Shown here in pieces: positions 13,201 to 24,496 of a stretch of DNA of 64,000 bases. The notes beneath the pieces were generated by a model, which saw nothing but the letters and a program-made list of their open reading frames with translations, searched no databases and was not told the DNA's origin. Numbering within the stretch: the stretch's first letter is position 1; each line of letters starts with the position of its first letter. The translations under genes were made by a program, and so were the position numbers. The DNA comes from Nemertoderma westbladi (lineage: Eukaryota; Animalia; Xenacoelomorpha), in contig JAUCBJ010007214.1 in NCBI GenBank assembly GCA_032718475.1, positions 62,001-126,000 of the forward strand, read 5' to 3'.

Positions 13201-14400
13201 ATGGGATCGCTGGCGTTTTCTAAGTTACCTTTTCCACTCTGTTTAAGTTGGTAACAACAACGAAGACAAATTTTCTTTGTATTTGTGAACTCTGAGGCAA
13301 CTAATACTTTACCAAACCCACTTTCCTCGTAAAACTGTAACAGGCCGTAAAAATTACTTTTGAGTGTTATTATTTCTAATTAATGCATAATGCAACCATA
13401 ATAAACAAACTGAAATAAAAATTGAAATTAATTGCTGAAATAATTTGATAATCTGAAATTAAAATCATGATATTTTAATAATTTTTTTATGCAACATGAA
13501 AAACGTAATTAATATTAAAATATGACATTACAGCTATTGAAAAAAAACACAAATCATGTTTATCTAATCAGCAGATACTATATTGCGTAGTAGGCCTACG
13601 GGTATAGTTTAACCTTTTCAGTCCTAACACTGGTGGCGTGTTTCGTAACACATTTAGTATTTACGGAATGAGCAACATTTCAGTGTTTAAACGGGATCAG
13701 ACTTTTCGGGATTTCCGGTTTGGTGATCGGGGCAGGATTTCCGCAATTTTGTGAAAGTTTTCTTCAATATTTCCATGTGGCAGTGTGTGTATTAAGGGTT
13801 TGGAGTTTGGACAAATTTATTGCACTATGCTGAAATATTAGTGAGATTTAAATTATATTAATATATATATTAATATACATTAGTTGATTTTTGGATGGTT
13901 TACTGACATATCAAGCCGGCATAGCATTCTTAATATTATTATTATTTATCATTTACAGCAGGCAACATGATATTTATATTACAAACAACAATCAGCCCAT
14001 ATCTATTTGTAACTATTCTACATCGATCTATCTACCTACAGCACATATGATATTATAATTTATACTAATTATAAATATGTAGTTATTAAGTGAAAATTAC
14101 TAACGGAGGATAATGGGATATAAACTATGAAACCAAATTTCTTGAATCGCACATATCATTAATTCGTGAACCATGAAAATATGTATAGCAACTAATTGAA
14201 TTGATGATTACATTATTAGACATAGAAATTCTACTATGTAAACTGGAAATTGATTTATATCGAATGTGAATGAAACATGGTAAATTATTACAACCGAAGA
14301 AATTCGACATACAAGCACCAAACGGGATCGAGAAAAGCTTATTGTGCTGCGTTATTGTACGCTACTCTATAAGTCGGTTGTAAACAATTGATGAGTAATT

Positions 14401-17400
14401 ACTACGTACTACTAGGATCGGCATGCTGCATTGCAGCTGCATTATTAAGAATGCTGTGCCGGCTTGTCAACAAAATTGCACCGCCACAACTCCCTATCAC
14501 CCATGACATTTGCTAGATCATCCGCATCTTTAAGGCCAGTTTCCTTTAAGATGCGTCTCAAGAAAGACATGGGCTGTCCACCATGCTTATTCTCTCCATG
14601 AGGCTGCCAAAGTACAAGATTATGCACTGGCTGGTCCTCACGGCGAAAGCAATGTCCTGCAAAGCGGAGTCGATTTTGTTCTAGTGTCAAGCTTGGGGGA
14701 ACCAATGAGACACCTCCAATGTTATATAGTGTCTGGTTGGAGATGTGTGCATTGTACTTGACACAATGAACCCGGTGTAGCATTCTTGTGAATGTGCCAT
14801 CCAGAGATTTGGTGTCCTCAGCAGTTAGAGCCCAGCATGGACTCCCGTAGAGGAGTACTGGAACTACTGCTGCTCTAAATAATCGGACCTTAAGTTTCCG
14901 AATAATTCTCGGTGACTTCCAAATCCTGGAAAGCCTATTCAAGGTTGCCCATGCCTTTCCCTTACGTATTCGAAGGTCCTCACCTGACTTCCGGATCCAT
15001 GATCCCAGGTAACAGAAGTCGTCCACATGCTCAAGCATACCATCCTTTGAGCTTATGCTCATCCAATCAGAGACTTGCTGAGGACTTTCAAAGTTAACTG
15101 TCAGAATTTTGGTCTTTCTGGAGTTAATAAAAAGACCAACACTAGAAGCAGCATGTTCTAATGAGCTGAGGAGCCGTTGGGCTCCCTCTAATGATTCTGA
15201 GAGTACTCCTAAGTCATCAGCAAAGTCTAGATCAGTTAGGTACTTGGCAGGATTTCCTCGACTTCTGGAGCCAGTAGGTGGAGTTATCATCACCCCATCA
15301 TCATTATGATGATCTAAGGACATGCGTAGAACATAGTCAACCACAATAATGAACAAGAATGGTGCAAGTGTGTCTCCTTGGAGGACGCCCCATAACACTT
15401 CAAATGGTTCTGTGTCACCGTCAACAGTAGACACAAATGTTGTCGAACCATCGTATACTGATCTGATTGCTGCAATAATTTCATCAGGAATCCCATATAA
15501 TGAAAGTATGCTGAACATACGTGAGCGAGAGACTGAATCAAAGGCCTTGAAGAAGTCAACAAAGATAACAGCCAGATGCCTGTCTTTCTTTTTTGATAAT
15601 TCTTCAATTATCCTTCTAAGTGCCAAAATGGGCTCCATGGTCCCACGACCTTTACGGAACCCATTCTGATTTCCACGGAGCAGTCTCTCAATGGGATCCC
15701 TGATGCGATTTAATAGAATCCTATTGTATAGCTTTGCAGCAATCGAGATCAATGAGATTCCCCGAAAAGAACCATAGAGTGTTAGGTTGCCCTTCTTGGG
15801 AACTGGCACCAACATATTTGTTTTCATTTCTTGTAAGACTCTTGTTGTACGGTACATGTCTACTATGATGGGATAGATGAGCTTTAAACACTCAGGTATT
15901 TTAAAGACCTCAGGGGGAACACCATCTACTCCACTGGCACGATTGGTCTTAAAGCTCTTTGCAGCAGCCTTCACTTCTGCAAAGGAGATATCGCCAATGG
16001 GAATATCTGGGAGTACAGACTCAGACACCTTTACTTCTATAAAGTTATCAGGCAATACCTTGTCATTTTTGAGGAGCTTTTCAAAGTGGGCTTTCCAACC
16101 ATTGAGGCGATCGGCTGGTGATTCAGCCTTAACCTTGGTGGTTGGTTGGCTTTTCCGCCCAGTAAGCAGATTGATCGATTTCCATGCCTGGGATGATTGC
16201 CTGCTGTCGTCAGCATCATTGATGGCATCAACCTGTTGGTTTATTAGCTCCTGTAGATTAACAGAGTACTGCCTGTTCAGGGACCTAGATGCAGCCTTAA
16301 CTGCATTCTTGGCCGCTGTAGTCTGTTTGAGTCGGGACTCTTTCTGCGCCTTATGAAGGTCATTTCGGCACTTTTGAATTTTGTTGTCAGTCCAGGGGGC
16401 CCTTTTCCTGTTTCGAGGGTATACAGGAACTGTTTCTGCAGCTGCTAACTTAACTGCTTCTGTAAAGGCAGTATAGCCCTCACAGTGATCTGCCGCCTCA
16501 GAGGCAAGAGCCTCATACCTGTTGCTCAGCTGTAGTGTGAAGCTGGATCTCACACTTGGCTGTTGCAACAGAGAGGACCAGTCATGCCGCGGCAAGGCAG
16601 ATTTCGTTGTTCTGCTAGCACGCAGACTAAGTCTTACCTTGGCCATAATAAGGCGGTGATCACTGGAGAAGGGTCGAAGTGTAAATGCATTACAGTCTTG
16701 TATAGAGCTCCTGTATTTCCTACGAAACAGATTATGGTCTATCTGGGACTTGTGACCACTGGGTCCACTATGAGTCCATAGCTTTCCAGTTCGCTTCTTG
16801 AACTGGGTTCCAGCCGAGAACAATCCATTTCCAGAGATAAAATCCTGAAGATGGACAGAATTTCGGTTAACACTATTGCTATAGACCCAGGGCGATGTAG
16901 GTGATTGATGCAGACTTGCATTAAAGTCTCCCAGGAATGTTAAGAATGCATGCTGATCCACTCCATCAGTAGCTGCTTGTAGATTGTGGTAAAAATTTTC
17001 CACCTCCTCTACAGGGGCAACACTAGTTGGAGAGTAGCACACAATCAGAACCACCTTAGGAAACTTCTTAGCCAGTCTTCCAGAACATGAGAAGTGGCAA
17101 CAGATGATGCGGTTAGAGATTTGGTCTATTTTGTCCAATACTGCATGTGCAGTTGGATTCATCAATAGACCAATTCCACCATTGCCACTATCATCTGCTG
17201 ACGCGAGGGCGAGTCGCCAACCGCCCCCCATGTCCTTAATCAGAACCTCATCAGTCTGTCCAGTCTGCAATATAAAAAAAAACATAGTGGGGGTTGGGGG
17301 TGCTTTTTTGCCGAGTCAGCTCTCGGGGCAAATACCACACCCTGGTTTGCCATTCCACAGGGTGGGTGTCGCAATGGAGTCAGATATGAGGCCCATCACC

Positions 17401-17551
17401 CATATCTACTCTGGCGCACATGACCCACCATTGGCTGTTGCAGCTCATCTGCTGGGTCATGCCCTGTACCCTTGCTGCCAGGTGCAGGCTGCCAGGTCTA
17501 TGCGCGACCATTCACCCACTGTTAAGGGAGACTGGATTCGGGAGCTTGGAC
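14401..17551 (-). mobile_element. RTE-type LINE, near full length, with structured 5' UTR
   Basis: 946-aa APE-RT ORF, short 3' UTR with TAG-type tail at ~14401-14415, GC-rich hairpin-rich upstream segment 17286-17551. No TSD was found. Confidence 0.9.
14445..17285 (-). CDS. RTE ORF (APE + RT); N-terminal APE motifs missing
   Basis: GGIGLL, YSPT, GDFNA, IDH, SDH, VDFFKAFDSV, QGDTLAP, FADD, YLGS. The NxR and QE motifs that begin APE domains are absent, which suggests a deletion near 17275. Confidence 0.85.
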   Translation of the reverse strand: MFFFILQTGQTDEVLIKDMGGGWRLALASADDSGNGGIGLLMNPTAHAVLDKIDQISNRIICCHFSCSGRLAKKFPKVVLIVCYSPTSVAPVEEVENFYHNLQAATDGVDQHAFLTFLGDFNASLHQSPTSPWVYSNSVNRNSVHLQDFISGNGLFSAGTQFKKRTGKLWTHSGPSGHKSQIDHNLFRRKYRSSIQDCNAFTLRPFSSDHRLIMAKVRLSLRASRTTKSALPRHDWSSLLQQPSVRSSFTLQLSNRYEALASEAADHCEGYTAFTEAVKLAAAETVPVYPRNRKRAPWTDNKIQKCRNDLHKAQKESRLKQTTAAKNAVKAASRSLNRQYSVNLQELINQQVDAINDADDSRQSSQAWKSINLLTGRKSQPTTKVKAESPADRLNGWKAHFEKLLKNDKVLPDNFIEVKVSESVLPDIPIGDISFAEVKAAAKSFKTNRASGVDGVPPEVFKIPECLKLIYPIIVDMYRTTRVLQEMKTNMLVPVPKKGNLTLYGSFRGISLISIAAKLYNRILLNRIRDPIERLLRGNQNGFRKGRGTMEPILALRRIIEELSKKKDRHLAVIFVDFFKAFDSVSRSRMFSILSLYGIPDEIIAAIRSVYDGSTTFVSTVDGDTEPFEVLWGVLQGDTLAPFLFIIVVDYVLRMSLDHHNDDGVMITPPTGSRSRGNPAKYLTDLDFADDLGVLSESLEGAQRLLSSLEHAASSVGLFINSRKTKILTVNFESPQQVSDWMSISSKDGMLEHVDDFCYLGSWIRKSGEDLRIRKGKAWATLNRLSRIWKSPRIIRKLKVRLFRAAVVPVLLYGSPCWALTAEDTKSLDGTFTRMLHRVHCVKYNAHISNQTLYNIGGVSLVPPSLTLEQNRLRFAGHCFRREDQPVHNLVLWQPHGENKHGGQPMSFLRRILKETGLKDADDLANVMGDRELWRCNFVDKPAQHS

Positions 17552-18145
17552 TTATTATTGCGTTGTAGACCTACTGTATTATTCGATTGATCGTTACTAT
17601 ATAATCTCTGACAATATATTTACTTTCGGGGAAATATTAACAGTTCCTTTAGGACGTGGCGCTTTAAGTATAAAAACAGAGTTATGACTTATACTAATCA
17701 CAACTAGATGGCTACTGAGTTTCGTAAAAGGCGCATTCTTTAGAAGATGCTTTATTACCAATCACACTACCTCGCACGACTTCACACTGCTTCACACTGA
17801 TCTGCCGACAGTCACTGAATTTGATCATATATAAGGAGGATAGCAACTGACACATGTAGGGATTATGAAATAGCATTTAATTAACACAAAAACGACTATA
17901 ATGTAAGTTGCAATTGCTACCGGTAACCTGTCCTCTCACCTTCAGTAATCAAGAAGATTGGGGTTTTATGATTCTTTATCGGTATTCTCCAAATATAACA
18001 ATATATTCATCAACATATATAACAATTAATAACAGACAGTAAAATAATGCGGTGAATGCAGTAGTGCAGTGTTGTGTTATGGAGTCAGGTATGATATGAT
18101 ATGATATGGTAATAGTTTTACGTTTCGATATTCAAAGCCATCTAA

Positions 18146-18537
18146 TGTTCAGGCCAAAGTCTGAAACTTCTACAGAAGCACAGAAGAATCCTAAGCCGGT
18201 GTTCTGGGCTTAGAAAAAATACAACACTACTGACACATACACAGACCTGCTCGGTTTACATAGGCTCTTTTTCCACATAAAATGAAAATCGCTCTGATTG
18301 GCTGAGCTAAACAAAGAACAAAGAAAAGTTACACGTGTACAGGAAATCAGCTGGTAGATGTCGTCATCTCAGCTCCAGTCTTTAGAGTATTAAGCGCATT
18401 GCGGTAAAGTGACTTTTTATGTCCGCTAAGGCACTTACAGAGTATATAGCGGAGAAAATGGCTTGTTATGTCCGCTAAAACACCGACACGGTACACTGCG
18501 GGCAAAATGACTTGTTATGGCTGCAAAAGCTTTTACA
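18146..18537 (-). repeat. Putative 3' LTR of the old BEL/Pao element
   Basis: Minus strand reads TGTAAAAG...GGCCTGAACA, preceded by a PPT-like tract. Contains AGCCAATCAG, TATGTAAA and TCAGT in promoter order. No partner LTR is in the window, so the left boundary is tentative. Confidence 0.5.
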
Positions 18538-18563
18538 CCGCTCCCAGAAAATGGAATTTGAGT

Positions 18564-21500
18564 CTATAAAATATATAAAATCACAGTTTCTAAAATATAA
18601 AAATACTCTAAACTACTAGTCTTTCTTACGCGGACGGCGTTTACGAATTTTTTTGAGGCTAGTGAGGTCTTTTTCTCTTTGGGGCGAGCCACTTTACTAG
18701 GAGGGCTATAACTCCTGGGTGAAGGGTGCAATATGATTGCATCGGAAGGTTTAGGATTACGGTCGGTGTATCCGCCAGTCGAGGTACCCGGTTGATCGAT
18801 ATCAACCTCAGTGGAGCGAGGTCGAACAACCTTCAGAGAGCGTTTCAAGACAGCAGCTCTTACTGGTCCCTGACGAGTCGTCTGTACAAGGGCGGTAGGC
18901 GGACCGTGTGTAGTGAGAAATTTCCTCGGTTTGATGGTTCTTTCTAACTCGCGTTCTCGGGCTCTATATTCATAGGGTCGTCTATGAACTTCCTGCAGTG
19001 GTAGATGCGAGTTGATGAACAACTCACTGTATTCAGGATCTTGACGGATGAAGTTGATCAAGTTATAGGAATTAAGATCATTGGGATTAATGTTCCTGAG
19101 ATATTTACGAACAAATTTGGTAGAAATATTCTCGCCAACACGTTTCATTAGTTTGTAACTCGGTATGCGAGATTTTTGTTCAACGGACGCAAATAGATAC
19201 GGGTGGAATGCATAAACTCCCTCGTAGGCACGTCCAGGGTAATAGCGATGACGTGACTCACAATGTAGATCAGCGTTCGCTTCCCAGGCTCAAATGTAGC
19301 GTAACATTGATATTTCAATAACATATCAATTGTAACAGCTGGTCGATTGTGGCGCGCGGTTGTCCTTCCATCTACCACATACGGTTGCTCCGTCTACGGC
19401 GTTTCCGCGGCCGACGCGCCCAGCTTACCACACGTGGAGCTCGTTCGCGCGTTCTACTGGAAACTGTGGTGTGGGGTGAGCAAATACGCCTCCACCACGG
19501 CAATCCTAAACGCGGTCGACCGCCCTGCAGAGAACGGCGAGCTCTCCCTCCTCGAACTCACAGGCTACAGGCGCCGCGCTGCAGCCCAATTCATCTCCAA
19601 TGGCTCGCACCACAAGCTCTGCCGCAGTAAAGGGTGTTGGCGGCCGACCCCCACATGCGTCTGCCGTCTCTGCGACGACCAGGCGACGGACAAGGACCAC
19701 GGCCTCAGTTGCACTGGCGTCCCGACTCTACTAACAACAGTAAAACGCTCACTGTTCCTGTACGCCGTGAAATGATCTATTCTAATTTTTACACGATCTA
19801 TTTTAAAACTTCCCCCAGCCACGCTATAACCAAACATTGAATTGTACAATATTTCAACCATGCAACGACATTTTATTATATTATATATATTTTTTCCCTT
19901 TTTTTTTATTATATTATATATTCATTTTATTATATCCCCATCTCCAAATAACCTATAAATAATGTGTATCCCATTTTCCATTATCTGTCATACAATACAG
20001 TATTATATGGTCACATAACAACTTTCATATTTTACAGTAGGCCTACCTACCTTTATGTGCATGTTTATTTTATTTACACCATATGTTGGTATTAAAGCTT
20101 TCGTTTCAAATGTAGCGTAAGGTAATCATTTCATCTACGCTTTCCAGGTCTCGGTTAAAAGGGCAATCAAAACTTGTATGTCCTTTAAACTGACAATGAT
20201 GGCATTGAGTCATAAATTGGGGGCAGACTGCGAAAATGTGCAAGTTATTGAGTCTACAATACGCACAATAGATCTCCATCGTAGGTTGTTCATGGAAGTA
20301 GGAGCAGGGTACGTTGGAGTCCACTGGGGTGAAATGGTCTCGAGATGCGCATAATCGGCAACGTTTCCTAGAGACATAGTTGGCATGCCGATAATCATAC
20401 GCGGTGAGACATTGTGGACCTTGATACCATTCCAGGACGTAGTCGTTGTCACTGCTCCGGGGCGCTGTGGGCTGAATCTCCTCGGATTCTAAGCATATTG
20501 GTTTGTCTTCCAATTGCATAGCGGAGATAGGTGTAGCCATCTCTTCGAGCGAACCCAGTGTCTGAACTTCCACGATAGAATAACCCGTGGGGATTCGAGG
20601 TCTTTGTATAACAGAAGAATGTAAGTTCTGTATACAAACGTCTTTGAAAATGGCGAATCCAGCGCTGTCTAACTTCTCAGCAGCTGAGTCTCTTAGGCTG
20701 AGCTTGGTCAGAGCGCGGTCCTTGAACTGACTATCAACGTTACGGAACGGAGTCAGAAAGCGCCTAAAGCATTCGAAGTGGATGAATTTATTGTGTTCAT
20801 CTAGCTTGGCGAGCTTGGTTCCAAGTATCAAGGGATGGGCGCGTATAGTACGACTTCATACATCGGCTAGCCAACCGGTAAGTGCGGCGTTCTCGAAGAT
20901 AGTGTATATAGCTAATGAGGGGCGAAGGGGAACACTCATAAAGCTATACACGACGCCAGGTGCAGTCAATGGTCCGTCGAAGTATAATCGAGAATAATGA
21001 TCTCCATATACTTGTTGATAGTTGATAGGGTTTCCGACTTTGAAATTCCATCCATATTCTTGGAAGGCAAGATGTCCGATGGATGTTTGTTGTACTTTAT
21101 TGATGCCGCTGGGTGTATTGGCATACATAGTTCGGAAGAAACCTCGGCCTTCTGCCCAGGGAGCAATCAGCTGGGTATCTACGAAAGGATATGGGATATT
21201 CTCCATGTTCCTGTTGTATTCCTAATATGTCTTCCATTGATGGTAGAGAGCAGGGGAAGGCCTTTGTCGTATTCAGCAAGATTCAAAAATACGATCTCAG
21301 TAGGAGGATTCAGCATTCAAAGACCATCTCCAAATGAATTTATCCCCAATCATTCAGGGAGGTGAACAACAGATTTATGACACATAATGGCACCCGTGCC
21401 CCGGAGAAAACTATTCACATTATGGACCCTGGATATTAACGTATGGTTTTTTCCAGTGGGTTCTCCTCTATTTGTCTTTATAAACCTTCTTCCACATTCT

Positions 21501-21876
21501 ATCTTTCGAGTCGGTTTCGAATAGAGTTATTGTGTTCGATTCTCGGTTTATCGTTGCGACTCCACTGGGTATGATATTTAAATAGAACCATTTCCCTTTT
21601 GGTGTCTACATCGTCTGTATCGTGTAAATCGATAGGATGACCAGTAGTTAAGAAGTCCATACACGTACCATTACGATGTGTATAGCGATCGGTGAATATT
21701 CTATAGTCCAATTCACGCGTGAGTTGTTCCTTGGACATTGGCGGTTCGATATAACGGCCATCGTCCTCCGTAGTAGTTGGACTAGCGTTGCCGCGTATTA
21801 AGCTATCAACAAATGCTTGCAACGGGAGGGTATATTGCTCCCTGATACCAAGATCATCTTCTATCAACTCAGTCAT
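18564..21876 (-). pseudogene. Degenerate DEDDy-like exonuclease + triple zinc-knuckle ORF (homolog of 32131-34665)
   Basis: ORF pieces 20856-21206, 20106-20831 and 18564-19289 share one frame, broken by two TGA codons and a LINE insertion. Frameshifts lie at ~21200-21500. Motifs FVDTQ, YTIFEN and CRLC..H / YCAYC..H..CP..CHHCQFKGH..C are collinear with the intact copy. Confidence 0.75.
19305..20105 (+). mobile_element. 5'-truncated LINE (ORF2 C-terminus with CCHC finger plus 3' UTR), 15-bp TSD
   Basis: LWRAVVLPSTTYGC...CRLC..HGLSC. ATTAAA at ~20091. TSD TCAAATGTAGCGTAA at 19290-19304 and 20106-20120. Confidence 0.85.
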
Positions 21877-22699
21877 AGCTGGTATATGAGTTTATCAATA
21901 TTATAATTAATTATAATTAGGCTAGCGGGTGTTGCTGCCTACCCCTCACTGCCCCCGGACAGCGCAAGATCCTCAGCGCCGATGTACTGCTGTCGCTGTG
22001 CCTCTCACCAACGTAGTAGCTAAACAACGACAACAATAACCATCGCGAGTCACTTCACTGTCCGTCCCAAGGGTTTAGATTTACTTCAGGTTTTTACTGC
22101 AGAGGTAGGGCTACTTTCACAACTGCGACTCGCTACTGTAAACACATTTTAGTAGTAACATTCACCTATAAACGCACAAATTCCACACAACTGTCACAAA
22201 TTGTACACATTTGGGCCATTTGTCCGTTAGTCAAGTGCCTTCCAGAATGCCACGTTATTATTTTGTATCCTTGGATACTATCAGTGCGCTATTTATTCCG
22301 TATGCTATTCAATGAGGCAAGCTTTCTATTGTTCTTTTAACTCGCTTCTAATTCTAGCGTGGTTGTTGCTATGGTGACATTATGGAAAGCTAGCAGTAGA
22401 ATTAGGGTAATTCTCATGCATACAGATCTGGGATGCTATTTAATAGTAATTCTTTAATTGTCAATATTCCCCTTTATATATGATTTTATAAATTTTTATC
22501 GGCTATTGACTATATATTGGAGATTCTCGCACACTAATATACTTAATAGGGTGAATCTCTGCTCCCATGATCTATTAATTAATGGAATTTTGGGAATGTT
22601 ATAAATTGTATAAAACGACAATTTAGCAAATTCATGAGAGGATATGAATTTAAATTTATTCCCGTAAATTGTATTATTTAATATTAAAATAGACACAAT

Positions 22700-23080
22700 T
22701 TTATTCCAGAGCATGTCTGGGGACTAGGATCCTTAATTCTAGGAAATTTGTCTTTTTAAGAGTATCGGTAAGTACTACAATATCTTAATCGACTAGAATT
22801 TTAAAGGATCGGAATTTTAACAGATTTTGGATTTCTAGATTTTCTTGGTTTACAAACTCCTTAGAGTTTATTTGTATGTATTTACTCTATTATAACATTT
22901 GTTTTTAATAGAATTTTACAAATATTAACTATGTAATATTTAAGATGGGCACCGATTTATTCCAGAACTTGTCTGGGGACATCATCCACTAATTTTAGAA
23001 TTTTGTCTTTCAAGTATATCGGTGGGTGCCGCAATATCTTAATCGACTAGAATTACAGATGGTCAAAGGGTTTAACAGAT
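22700..23080. repeat. Diverged direct repeat (~255-bp period) in the old BEL spacer
   Basis: tttattccaga...tgtctggggac...caatatcttaatcgactagaatt at ~22700 and ~22957. Confidence 0.75.
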
Positions 23081-23604
23081 TTATTTTGTGTTTTACGCTA
23101 CTGTTAAAGGGACATCACGCTACTATATGCATTATTTAATATACGGTATGAGAGTAATATCGCAAGAAGCAATGTCAGTGAGAAGAGGCAAGTCGTTTCC
23201 AAGGTCTACCCAGAGCTTGGTTTAGCCGAGACACGAGGATCTGAACTTTGCATTCCTAATACTCTACTTACCAATAATACTTGAATATAGTAGGAGCTTT
23301 ATTGTACCTTAATAAGTACGGACATTTCATCTTACTGTAGTCACGTATTTATAATATGATACGGACAGTTAAGGAAAGAGAAGAGGAATCATTTCTCGCT
23401 GTTGCACTAAATATATAATATAAGTACTTAAGTAATAAACACGAATATATATTGCACTAATCTACTAAATAATCGCTATAATAACATTCTACTAAATAAA
23501 ATTAAAGAAAACAATTATAATAAAATTACATAATAATACATACATAAATATAAAATAATAAAAAAATATAAAATAATATAGTCACACACCCACTACAGAC
23601 GCTG

Positions 23605-23853
23605 TTACGTTGGGGAGTCCCTAGATGTTTGTTGGATTAGGGAGGTGGTCGTGGGAAGAGTATCTTGCCTTCCATAGTTTCCGGATAGTTCTCTGTCTCT
23701 TTCCAGTAAACATAAACGACCAACTGGGCAATTGAGTTGCTGCGTTTCGAATACAATTCCAGGTTTCTCAAAGTTACGTCGCATGACGACGATTTCTACC
23801 GATCGCACTAAACCATTATCGGAGATATGAGTTTCGATGATACGACCTGTCTG
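23605..23853 (-). pseudogene. BEL/Pao pol C-terminus (DUF5641-like, post-integrase)
   Basis: GRIIETHISDNGLVRSVEI...CPVGRLCLLE fits the BEL/Pao GrI...DG.VR.v...rpv.kL motif. Confidence 0.75.
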
Positions 23854-24391
23854 TGTTAGCTTATTCAATCCCGCCAACACCCCATAAAGTTGTAAGCCGA
23901 TAAGCAATATTGGGAGCCGCGAGATTGGGCAATTAACCAACTCGCGCCATCCCAATAAGAGTGGGAAGGAAGCACACAATAGAGGGTCAGGGGCCAAACC
24001 CCTAACCCAAGGAGAACAGGTGGAGTGAAGGGGAATACTCCACGGGGCGCCAACAAGGGTATCAACCAATCAGAGGGGGGAATGGCATCGATTGAGTAGC
24101 AATTAGGCCAACCGTGCAGTATAGCCACTTGGCAGTAATATTACCTATTCAGTTATCACAGTGCAGCAGTGCTAGCGTAGGGTACAGCCAATTAGTTTAG
24201 TTAGGGGATCACGGGACTTTAGTTACCGTATCCCGCCTTGTACACATTCACAATATCTATATCTTATAACTTCCTATTATACACCGAACTTCAGAACTCA
24301 GTCACTTTATTTCATCCTTATACACGGCGGGGACGCGTGGACTAAATTACCACAACCGGATAAATCGGGATCCCTCTTGGATCCCGTCACA
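23854..24391 (+). repeat. 5' LTR (538 bp, TGTTAG...GTCACA)
   Basis: Matches 35375-35914 apart from about one substitution and two 1-bp indels, by eye. Contains a CCAAT box and a terminal CGGGATCC/GGATCCCG hairpin. Confidence 0.95.
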
Positions 24392-24496
24392 GTAACTAAA
24401 TCGGTGCTGCTTCCCCAGCTAAACTCAGTAACTAAAGCCAGCTGCCGCCCTAGACAAACTCTATAAACACTAGCCACCGAAATCTGCAGAAGAGAG

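Larger units (their letters stand above)
18146..23853 (-). mobile_element. Old BEL/Pao LTR retrotransposon, 3' half: pol C-terminus, spacer, exonuclease/zinc-knuckle ORF, PPT, putative 3' LTR
   Basis: DUF5641-like pol end at 23605-23853, degenerate extra ORF 18564-21876, purine tract TGGGAGCGG followed by TGT at 18537. Cut at 23853 by the younger element. Confidence 0.65.

Noticed and set aside
17262-17290. Splice acceptor (T-run...TTGCAG) implying a domesticated, spliced RTE gene
   Set aside because: ATATTGCAG reads as in-frame ILQ of the element and no upstream exon was found. A deletion junction is the simpler explanation.
19290-21500. TGA recoding (alternative code or selenocysteine) in the old ORF3
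   Set aside because: The same region also has TAG/TAA stops, frameshifts and a LINE insertion, so it is ordinary pseudogene decay.
23865-24128. 87-aa ORF duplicated at 35386-35649
   Set aside because: Lies inside the LTRs; the duplication simply reflects LTR identity.
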